From: Cyanophyceae cyanobacterium
Lineage (GTDB): Bacteria > Cyanobacteriota > Cyanobacteriia > Cyanobacteriales > Laspinemataceae
Direction: 5' to 3'
DNA: 64,000 nucleotides
NCBI GenBank assembly: GCA_038321985.1
Contig: JBBQFN010000008.1
Coordinates: forward strand, 1 to 64,000
A program made the position numbers and the translations under genes. This document shows, one piece after another, positions 51,614-60,391 of this stretch. The notes below the pieces were generated by a model. It was not told where the DNA came from and did no database searches. It saw only the letters and a list, made by a program, of their open reading frames with translations. Position 1 is the first letter of the stretch. Each line of letters starts with the position of its first letter.

Positions 51614-52470
51614 GGATAGGCCGACTCAGACGTAAAGTTACGAAATTTTACATATATTCTAAGCGAAGCCTCTCCCAATCCAACACTTTTCTCGTAAAAA
51701 TATCCTGAAAAGCTCCTGGTGCTGCTGTCTTAGCCCCTTTTTTAAGAATTGTTAAATAAAGTTTCAAAAACCCTAGAAAACTTAACGGGCTTGTGTTAGG
51801 GTAGTAATTAAGAATTTAAAGATTCCATCCATAGGCGTAGCAACGCTCCCCAGGTGTGGTTTGTCTCCCTTTAACCGTCAAGTAACAGATTTTGAGCTAG
51901 GTGACTGAATCTAGCGATATCAGAAATTCTCCTAGGTCACTTGACGCTTGGGAGGTAGAGCGGGTAAATGGATGCGAAAAAAACCCAGAGTGGGTTACTC
52001 ACAGTAAACCCCAGGCGGGTGGCTTTCAGTCTGGATTTTCTTTGATGATCGCTTCTTGTGCTTAGTTCGCTCCCAAGCAGCTTTTTGCTGAGGGAAAGCA
52101 AGGAGTAGCCCAAACCCCGAAAAACCTAGAGTGAGTTTTTCTCAGTAACGGTAGGACCGATGGCGTTGGGTTTGGCATTAACCATTCCCATTCAACCTGT
52201 TTCGTTGGCTCCGTGAAGACCCAAGGAAGATAGAGAGCTTTTGGAAGTGATGTATTTCCAGCTTTGAAAGTTACAGTTTGTAACTGGAGGGGTTCGGAAG
52301 AGCCTCTATAGGTCCTCTAGATTGAAAAAGGGGTTTTCTGCGAGCGACTATATTTGTCCTGCAAGGGCCGTGCCAGTATTTTGAAGCCTAATGGTGCTTG
52401 AGAATGCTGACAGAATTCCTATAACTATTTTCGTTGACGACTCCCGCGCTTTCATTTTCACAGCCGTACT

Positions 52471-52590
52471 ATGACCTACACTGATATGCCTTTGATTATT
52501 CCGGTTCTGGCAACAGGTTATTTGTTAACCATTTATTTGCTCTTGAGTTTGGCAGGGCGACACGCTAAAGGGTCAAGTTCAAGACCTTAG
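52471..52590 (+). CDS. Candidate 39-aa single-TM microprotein (not in the ORF track)
   Basis: MTYTDMPLIIPVLATGYLLTIYLLLSLAGRHAKGSSSRP*, followed by the hairpin GTTCTCCTG/CAGGAGAAC (52595-52624). Confidence 0.6.
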   Translation: MTYTDMPLIIPVLATGYLLTIYLLLSLAGRHAKGSSSRP

Positions 52591-52873
52591 GGCGGTTCTC
52601 CTGTGGCATCAAATGCAGGAGAACTATCTCGATGCAGGGCGATCGCACTCCGTTGAGTGACGATCGTTTTCGATTCCAGTGCTTGTCTAGAAAACCCCTG
52701 ACCCCTCAATAAAATAGCTGGCCCTAGAGCGATCGCCTCACCGAGGCTTAAGAACTTAAAAGCCCATAGACTAAACCAGAATACATTAATAAAAACAGCC
52801 TTTCCCCCAGCCCCATTTCGATTGGGAGAAAGGCCCACTTTCCCCTTTGAGGAAATTGGAAGAGCGCTTTTGA

Positions 52874-53842
52874 TCAAGGTTCGACCGGCAAAGGCTGGCC
52901 TTCTAATACGGGTAAACAGACTTGGGAGACCACTGGAGTACATCCGAGTAAGTGAACTGCCCGTTGAGCAAACTCTTGAGCGCAACCGCTCACCATAAAT
53001 TGTGTGGGAAGTGCCGGACGCGACTCTCGGAGTCCTAACATCTCCAACTCCCGCGCCGCAGCCGCCACCACATGAACAGCGGGATCCACCAACTGCACGG
53101 AGCTAGGCAAAATACTCTTGAAAACCGGAGCTAAAAGTGGATAGTGGGTGCAGCCATAAACTAAAGTATCGATTTGCTGCTCTTGTAAAGGGGCCAAATA
53201 TTCCCGTGCCACCTCCATCGTATAAGGGTCATTAATCAGGTTGCCTTCAATTAACGGCACGAACTCCGGACAACCCACTTGCCAAACCCGTGACTCTGAA
53301 TTCAGGGCTTGAATCGCACGCCGGTAGGCATTACTTGCTGCCGTTGCCGGGGTCGCAATCACTCCAATCCGCCGACCTTGACTAACCGCAGCCCGAGCAC
53401 CGGGTAAAATGACACCTAAAATCGGAAAGGGAAACTCTGATTGCACCATTTCCAGGGCTAGGGCGGAACTGGTATTGCAGGCCATGATTACCATTTTGAT
53501 ATTCCGTGGCATCATCCAGTGGAGAATCTCGCGCACAAATTGCACAATTTCTGCTTGAGAACGGGTGCCATAAGGAAGACGAGCGGTATCCCCAAAATAG
53601 AGAATGGATTCCTGGGGAAGCTGGCGGTAGAGTTCTCGCAAGACAGTCAAGCCCCCCAGCCCACTGTCAAAAACCCCAATTCTAGGCCGCAGGTGGTTAC
53701 CATCAGCCCCAGGGGGATAGGGTGGGGAACCAGGGATGGAATTGGAGAGATACTCAGAGCCAGTGTTACGGACAAACGCCTCGCTTTGTCCTTGACAATC
53801 GTCGTATAAGGGACTCAGGTCAGACTCAAAAAAGTTAGACAC
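52874..53842 (-). CDS. murI: Glutamate racemase
   Basis: IGVFDSGLGGLTV, GDTARLPYG, MACNTSSA, GCTHYP. Confidence 0.96.
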   Translation of the reverse strand: MSNFFESDLSPLYDDCQGQSEAFVRNTGSEYLSNSIPGSPPYPPGADGNHLRPRIGVFDSGLGGLTVLRELYRQLPQESILYFGDTARLPYGTRSQAEIVQFVREILHWMMPRNIKMVIMACNTSSALALEMVQSEFPFPILGVILPGARAAVSQGRRIGVIATPATAASNAYRRAIQALNSESRVWQVGCPEFVPLIEGNLINDPYTMEVAREYLAPLQEQQIDTLVYGCTHYPLLAPVFKSILPSSVQLVDPAVHVVAAAARELEMLGLRESRPALPTQFMVSGCAQEFAQRAVHLLGCTPVVSQVCLPVLEGQPLPVEP

Positions 53843-53939
53843 GGGTGGTTGATTTGCGCGAAGTGTATGGGTTAGAAATCAGCAGTCATCGACCCCAATT
53901 CGGGAATCTTCAGAGAAAGATTTCCGATGATGAGGGGGA

Positions 53940-55727
53940 CTAGGGATTTTGAAGGTATTGTAAAACACCTCGCGCGATCGCCTGAGCTAATTGCGTCCGG
54001 TATGCTGCATTTGCCAGTCGCGGTGCATCTTCGGCACCTGTGACAAAACCGACCTCCAGTAACACCGCAGGCATTGAGGTATGGCGCAAGACATAAAATC
54101 TAGATTGCCGCACCCGGCGATCGCGAGCGCCCGTCCCTTGCAGAAGACTGTTATGAATGGTTTGCGCCAGACGCTCACCACTGGCATAATAATAAGTCTC
54201 GATACCGTTGACATCGGGGCGACTCATGTCAATAGCATTGGCGTGGATGCTGACGAAAATATCGGCATTGACCCGGTTCGCCAACTGAACCCGAGGCGCT
54301 AACTCGATTTCCCGGTCATCCTGACGACTCATGACAGCTTGGACGCCATTTTGTTCTAAAATCGTTGCCACCTGTCGGGAAATGTCCATAACAATTTCCT
54401 TTTCTTGGATCCCACCAATGCCCACCGCGCCGGGGTCCCCACCACCATGTCCAGGATCGATCACTACCACTCGTCGCCCATCTCTAGCTCGCATGGGAGA
54501 CGGCGAAGGGTAACTCATGGGCGCAGGGGGGGTGGAAGCCGAAACCCTGGAGTTGGGGGCCGCACCTACGCTACCGGGGGGTTGTAAGGTAAGGGATAGC
54601 AGTTGGGGGCTGGGTTGGGTTAAAGAGCCGATTCGCACCCCTGCGGCGGGTTGCACCAGGATTGCCACAGTTTGGGGGTCTTCTTGCTGCAATTTTACCC
54701 ATAAAAAAGCACCCCGATTTGAAGACCTAGGGGGTTGTACCCCGGGGGCTAACTGGGCCGAGGGAATCACGATTCGATAGGCTCCGGAAGCCCGATCCCA
54801 TTCGCTAGTGTAGGTGAAGGGTTGATTAGACTTGATTAAAATTTGGGACCCATCTTGTTGCAGTTCAATGCTTTCAATGGTGACCATGCGATCGCTACTG
54901 GGGTTCGGCGACATCGAGACAGGTCCCGAACCGACCCTAGGACCTTGAGAACTGGGCAGAACTACTACCCCACCGAGGTTACTGGGGGTAACCTGCCAAT
55001 TGGTGCTAGTATCCGTTAAAACAAACGTCACCCGCACTCCCGGGGTTGAGGCATCCAAAGGCCGGACGCTCATCCGAGCCACCCCGTGGCGATCAAGCAG
55101 TTGGTCTCGTGACCCCATATTCGGGGAGATTGTAGCTCCCGGGATGTCCACATATAACGAGCGATCGCTACTGCGCTCCATTTTAACTTGAGGCTGCCCC
55201 CCTCGGGTCCGGATAAAGAATCCATCCGGCGTCACCTGAACATTTTCGATTTGAACTCCGCTAGGAGATTGAGCCCCGGGAGCGGCAGCCAAAGGCCCAC
55301 TCGATGCCGCCCCAACCCGTTGGGGTGTTGGCAACTCAACGGTCCATTCCGTCGGACTTAATCCCCGAAACTGCACCTGTTGCGGATCAAGGGTATAGCC
55401 CGGGCTTAATTCAATGACTAAGCGAGTGGTATCCGACTCAAACTGTCCTACCCGAATTGACTCGAAACCTGAACTGCCTACAGGTTGAGTCACTGCTTGA
55501 CGATCCAGGGTTGTACCGGGCAAATCAATAACAAGGCGTGTGGGATTGGCGATTAATTGCGCCTTGGGTTGAACCCCTCCAGCCGTCGTAAAGTGCAGGC
55601 GGTTTTGAGCCGTATCAAAACGCCAATATTCTAGTCGGGCTGCTTGTGCGGGAGCCGATAGCAGTAAAACGGCGGTTGCCGTTGGTAGTAACCAAGAAAA
55701 TATTTGTGGTTTCACCCAATTTCTCAT
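53940..55727 (-). CDS. amiC: N-acetylmuramoyl-L-alanine amidase with AMIN domains
   Basis: Signal peptide, PTRLVIDLP/IRVGQF (AMIN), IDPGHGG.DPGA, FVSIHAN, PAVLLEVGF. Confidence 0.93.
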   Translation of the reverse strand: MRNWVKPQIFSWLLPTATAVLLLSAPAQAARLEYWRFDTAQNRLHFTTAGGVQPKAQLIANPTRLVIDLPGTTLDRQAVTQPVGSSGFESIRVGQFESDTTRLVIELSPGYTLDPQQVQFRGLSPTEWTVELPTPQRVGAASSGPLAAAPGAQSPSGVQIENVQVTPDGFFIRTRGGQPQVKMERSSDRSLYVDIPGATISPNMGSRDQLLDRHGVARMSVRPLDASTPGVRVTFVLTDTSTNWQVTPSNLGGVVVLPSSQGPRVGSGPVSMSPNPSSDRMVTIESIELQQDGSQILIKSNQPFTYTSEWDRASGAYRIVIPSAQLAPGVQPPRSSNRGAFLWVKLQQEDPQTVAILVQPAAGVRIGSLTQPSPQLLSLTLQPPGSVGAAPNSRVSASTPPAPMSYPSPSPMRARDGRRVVVIDPGHGGGDPGAVGIGGIQEKEIVMDISRQVATILEQNGVQAVMSRQDDREIELAPRVQLANRVNADIFVSIHANAIDMSRPDVNGIETYYYASGERLAQTIHNSLLQGTGARDRRVRQSRFYVLRHTSMPAVLLEVGFVTGAEDAPRLANAAYRTQLAQAIARGVLQYLQNP

Positions 55728-56803
55728 AATGGAAATGTTGTGTTTGCGGATAGTACAGCCATAACGGTTAACAGGAGATTTGATGAACCAGTCGCCATCT
55801 AGCGCCCTCCCACGGGTTATAAGCCTTAGTTTATTAACATAATCTTAAGACTGGCTTGAACGATATCATGTTCTGCTTGGGAAACGTGGAAGTTTTGTCC
55901 CCATCAAGCGTAACTTACCCTCCTGTCTATGTTTTCTTTAAAGAAACCGCTTTGAGGGACCAACGCCCGACTCAACCCCTTCATTGTTGAGGGAGGTAAT
56001 ACCCCCCTGGTCCAACTTTTCTTCTTTAGTCAAGGTGGTTCTGCCTGATCTAGAATTCTAACCACATCTCCTGAGTAAGTTATTATATCTAGCTAACGGG
56101 GAGATGCAAACCATTCTCATCGATTGTAGTTGATCTGGTGGAGTGGGTCCCGATTAAGTTAAGGGGTCAGTTCACTGCTCTGAGGAATGCCTTTAAAAAA
56201 ACGTTTAAGGGTAGATAACTTTTGAGGGCAAGGCTTTGAACCTCAAAAACTGTTGAAATCGCTCAGAAACAGTCCACTCTGTGAATGGGGATGCCCTCCT
56301 CAGAATTGAAAGCCCATTCGCGATCGCGCTATCCCCAGGTTGCCAACATTTTTCAGCGGACTAACCTGCTTCTCCGGATGCACTATCATGTGAGTGCCAA
56401 TTGCTTTCCTCCGGAAGAGTTTCTAGGGGTGGGGACTAGGGCGAGGGCATCCCTCAAACCAGTCACTTTTTCTTAAAATAGTTAGAGGAGTTCTTTAATG
56501 AAGTCACTTCTTTTTTTCAAGTGGGTGAAAGCCTGGGTTTTCGTTAACTGAATAGTTGAACGGGTTAGTAGTTATAAATAAGAGTTTTGAATTGAGTTAC
56601 AGGGAAATCGCACAAATCTATAGAGCGAGCCTAAATTATCATGAAACCAAAAGCTCCCACTCTCTAAAAGTTATCCATTTGATTTATAGGCCCTATCTTA
56701 AACAAAGAAGTCTGGGGATCGCCGTTACTTTTTAAATCTCAACTTCGGCCAACTCTGTGCTCTGTGTCCTGTTTCCCATTTTAGGGTGCTTCACAACAAA
56801 TTC

Positions 56804-57190
56804 ATGAAGTTTTCCTGTTCTTTTCAACCTTGCCAAATTGTCTGTTTAGAATATCACCAAACTTGCCTTTATGCAGAAGTTATTCAAATTGTGACAACTC
56901 GTCCAATGTTATGGTTGAGACCGCTACTGTTGGCAGTGGGTCCTGTCCTGAACCGTCCGCCATTTCCAGATGAATCTAGGGAGATTTACGATCTGCGCCA
57001 GGGTGCAGATCTAGTCTGGCCTCAAAGTTTATTCCGCTTGGCCCTTGATACGGAAGTGATTCCCTTATTGACGGAACTCCAAAGTTTTCCGACCCCAGAG
57101 CCGGGGTTCTGTGCGATCGCCCACGATCACCTACGAGCCTTCGTCCAACAGGTTTGGCAAGCTCACCCCGAAGCGTTTGAGGAGCATTAG
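56804..57190 (+). CDS. Conserved cyanobacterial hypothetical protein
   Basis: QIVCLE...LYAEVIQ...W.RPL...DLR.G.DL.WP..LFR.ALDTEVIPLL. Confidence 0.75.
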   Translation: MKFSCSFQPCQIVCLEYHQTCLYAEVIQIVTTRPMLWLRPLLLAVGPVLNRPPFPDESREIYDLRQGADLVWPQSLFRLALDTEVIPLLTELQSFPTPEPGFCAIAHDHLRAFVQQVWQAHPEAFEEH

Positions 57191-57256
57191 CGATCGCCCT
57201 TCGGGTTCTAAGTAAAGAAGTCAACCGCGATCGCCCCCCACCCTACACCGGCCTTT

Positions 57257-58429
57257 TTATTGGTATCGAATTCCCGCATCTTTCATGCGGTGAATACCCT
57301 GCACAAGTCTTTCTTCGGGTAGGGTTAGGGCAATCCGAAAATACCCTTCCCCTGCCGCCCCATACCCGTTACCCGGTGGCACAATAATTCCACATTTTTC
57401 TAATAGCAAGGTTACAAATTCAGCAGAAGAATACCCAGGGGGAACGGGAGTCCAAACGTAGAGGGTGGCTTTTGGAGGTGAAATCGGCCAGCCTAGAGAT
57501 TGTAACCCCTGAATTAAAATATCGCGGCGTCTTTGATACACGGAAATCACCGATTGAAGTTCCTCTTCTGTGGTGGAAAAAGCGGCGATCGCTGCCCGTT
57601 GAATGGCCTTAAATACTCCAGAATCTACATTAGATTTGACCTGACGCAATCCCTGAATTCCTTTGGGATTCCCTACGGCAAAACCGATACGCCACCCGGT
57701 CATGTTATAAGCCTTAGATAAACTGTGAAATTCAATGGTGACATCCTTGGCACCGGGTATCTCTAAGACACTGGGGGGTTTATAACCGTCATAAGCCATT
57801 TCCGCATAAGCATGATCGTGACACAACAAAATCTCATGCTTGCGGCAAAAAGCGACTAATTTTTCAAAAAATTCTAATGAGGCGATCGCACCTGTAGGAT
57901 TGTTAGGATAATTAATCCACAACAATTTCGCTTGTCGTGCCACCTCTTGCGGAATCGCCTCCAAATCTGGCAAAAATCCCCGTTCTGGCGTCAGCGGCAT
58001 GACATACGGTTCACCACCCGCAAACAGGGTAGAGGAGTGATAAACGGGATAACCTGGATCCGGGATTAAGGTATAATCTCCCGGTTCAACAAAAGCTAAA
58101 AATGTATTATGAATGGCTTCTTTTGAGCCAATTGAAGACACAATTTCTTGGTCCGGGTCTAATTCTTTCACCCCAAACCGTTTCTCCATCCACTGTACCG
58201 CTGCTTCCCGGAACTCTTTCGTTCCCTGATACGGGGGATAGTTATGAGTCGCTGGATCTTCGATCGCCTCATGCATGGCCTGAAGGATATGTGCCGGAGT
58301 CGGTTTGTCCGGATCGCCCACCCCCATATTAATGATGTCAATCCCTTGGGCGATGAGTTCGTTGCGCTTGCGGTCAATCTCCGCAAATAGATAGGGAGGA
58401 ATTTTCTCTAAACGTTTGGCAAACTGCAT
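57257..58429 (-). CDS. dapL: LL-diaminopimelate aminotransferase (class I/II PLP enzyme)
   Basis: PPYLFAEI, GVGDPD, GSKE, NYPNNPTGA, EFHSLSK.YNMTGWRIG. Confidence 0.85.
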   Translation of the reverse strand: MQFAKRLEKIPPYLFAEIDRKRNELIAQGIDIINMGVGDPDKPTPAHILQAMHEAIEDPATHNYPPYQGTKEFREAAVQWMEKRFGVKELDPDQEIVSSIGSKEAIHNTFLAFVEPGDYTLIPDPGYPVYHSSTLFAGGEPYVMPLTPERGFLPDLEAIPQEVARQAKLLWINYPNNPTGAIASLEFFEKLVAFCRKHEILLCHDHAYAEMAYDGYKPPSVLEIPGAKDVTIEFHSLSKAYNMTGWRIGFAVGNPKGIQGLRQVKSNVDSGVFKAIQRAAIAAFSTTEEELQSVISVYQRRRDILIQGLQSLGWPISPPKATLYVWTPVPPGYSSAEFVTLLLEKCGIIVPPGNGYGAAGEGYFRIALTLPEERLVQGIHRMKDAGIRYQ

Positions 58430-58673
58430 GACGACGTGACAACCCGCTCCAGGTCAGCATAAAAAAACCTGAAGACAGTTTACCGCACTTTTTGATACCC
58501 TAAAGTTTCTTTTCTCCCGGGGGAAACAGTGGAGGACACAGTAGAAGCCCGATCAGGCGTTGCACCTGAGTAGACAGTCGGTTGGGGGATCCCATGCACC
58601 CTGATTGGGAGATTGCAACCGATTGAATGTTGTTTTTTTCAGGTTAGGTTGGGAGGCGATCTGGGGGGATGTT

Positions 58674-58901
58674 TTATCGACTGGCGACTAATTGAATCCG
58701 ACCCGCATCCATCTCTGCCATTAATAATTCTAGGGCTTCATAGTCTACATCATCAATATAACCCAGGCGGCTTAACTCAGAGTTGATACCATCTTCGATA
58801 TCTGGAGTTAACCGCTTGATATAGAGCGCTTTCTCTACCAGTTGACGAATCACTGCCGTACCTCGTATAGGTTGTTCGGGAGAACTCGATACACCTATCA
58901 T
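58674..58901 (-). CDS. Small helical hypothetical protein of a cyanobacterial type
   Basis: IRQLVEKAL...LTP..E..I...DYEAL..L...M..GRI pattern. Confidence 0.65.
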   Translation of the reverse strand: MIGVSSSPEQPIRGTAVIRQLVEKALYIKRLTPDIEDGINSELSRLGYIDDVDYEALELLMAEMDAGRIQLVASR

Positions 58902-59218
58902 TGTCTGCTGAATCTTGACTGAAGCGAGTGATAAGATGTAGCTCTCGTTTGTGATTTCGATCGCACAAGGAGCTGGCAGACTGTGATACTATTGCCCGGC
59001 TCTCAATTCTTCGTTCGTTTCAACGGTTACCCCAGAACCTTGAGTATAATTTAATACTTTTTATAATTTCTTAATGAAAACTTTATAAAACCCCGATTAA
59101 ATAAGAAGATTCAAAGAAATTACTCGGGATTTATAAAAGATTTTTAGCAACCTAGACTAGATTGTAAAGAGAAGATGTTAAATTGACAACAAAATTATCT
59201 TCAACTGAGGTTAAAAAA

Positions 59219-59554
59219 ATGCTTACTAATGTTGCTAGTCCCGAAATTAGCTTAGTTCAATTACAGGGGGAGTTCAATGCATCTAATGCGGCTGAACTTC
59301 AAACTCAACTGACGACGGTAGTCCAGTCTTCCATACCTTCTACAGTTCTAATTGATATGGAAAATGTGCTATTTATTGACAGTGCAGGTCTGATGGCTTT
59401 AGTTTCAGCGATGAGTCTGGCCAACAGGCTCAACCGCAGGTTTAGTTTGTGTGGAGTCTCTCCCTCGATTCGGATCATTTTTGAAATTACTCAACTCGAT
59501 CGCGTATTTGAGCTATTTGAAACCCGGGCAGAATTTGATGCCGTTATGAATTAG
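59219..59554 (+). CDS. STAS-domain anti-sigma factor antagonist
   Basis: IDMENV.FIDSAGL.ALV, IIFEITQLDRVF. RBS GAGG precedes ATG 59219; TTG 59183 is an alternative start. Confidence 0.92.
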   Translation: MLTNVASPEISLVQLQGEFNASNAAELQTQLTTVVQSSIPSTVLIDMENVLFIDSAGLMALVSAMSLANRLNRRFSLCGVSPSIRIIFEITQLDRVFELFETRAEFDAVMN

Positions 59555-59630
59555 AGAAATACTGAAGATTTAAATCTATATCTGGCTTTGATTCACCTAA
59601 TTAAGGATGTTTACCCCGAATATAACTCGG

Positions 59631-59680
59631 AAAGGGCAAATTACTGGAATGCTTATAAAACCAGTAATTTGCCCTTTTTT
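59631..59680 (+). terminator. Intrinsic terminator after the STAS gene
   Basis: 17-bp stem AAAGGGCAAATTACTGG/CCAGTAATTTGCCCTTT followed by a T-run. Confidence 0.8.
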
Positions 59681-60391
59681 CATGAAGATTTGAGCGTTAT
59701 TTCTTGATTGGTAGAGGGTGATAACGTCTAAACCTGTAGCTTTTAGAAGTTTTAAAAACTTTTAAGAATTATAGATGTGATCAGAGGCTAATTTTTTAAA
59801 ATGTCTGGCCTAAATTCTACCATTTTGGGCATTTAATTTTAGGGTGGAACAATTTTTATAAAAATAAAATTATTTAAGTTAGTCAGTTTTTATAAAATTA
59901 AAATCCAGTAGCCATCTATTTAAGATCCCTTAACTTTTTGTAATGTTTCTATAGCCGTACTTGAGCAGGGTAGCCCTAGTCTAAGGGAGTGGCTTGGCCT
60001 TAGCCTGTATGTCAGCGCTTGCCTTTCGCTCGATTAGGTTCGTATAGTCAGCGAGGAATATTAAGGAGGAAGACCCTCGCACTCCTAAACGCCAAGCCGG
60101 GGGTTACACTACGAAAATGCACTTTTAAATCTGGAATCAGATCTGTACCTCAGTCGCCTAAAAACCGCTATATCTACAATTTTAGATCGGATGGTCTAAT
60201 GTCTTCCAGTTACTAGGAACGCCGGATGAACGACAAGAAGTCGTTACTACTGGCATCTGTTCAACTTTAAGCCCTCAGCCTTCCCTACAACCGTATAAAA
60301 TAAAGAAGCTCGAATGGCGCATCAGTATTGACTTGATGTTAAGCGGCCCTGAGTAAGGGCATCGAGAACCATTAGAAAGTAGAGAGTTGCC

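Noticed and set aside
52587..52985. 132-aa minus-strand ORF overlapping the murI 3' end
   Set aside because: It is an out-of-frame overlap with no protein-like features.
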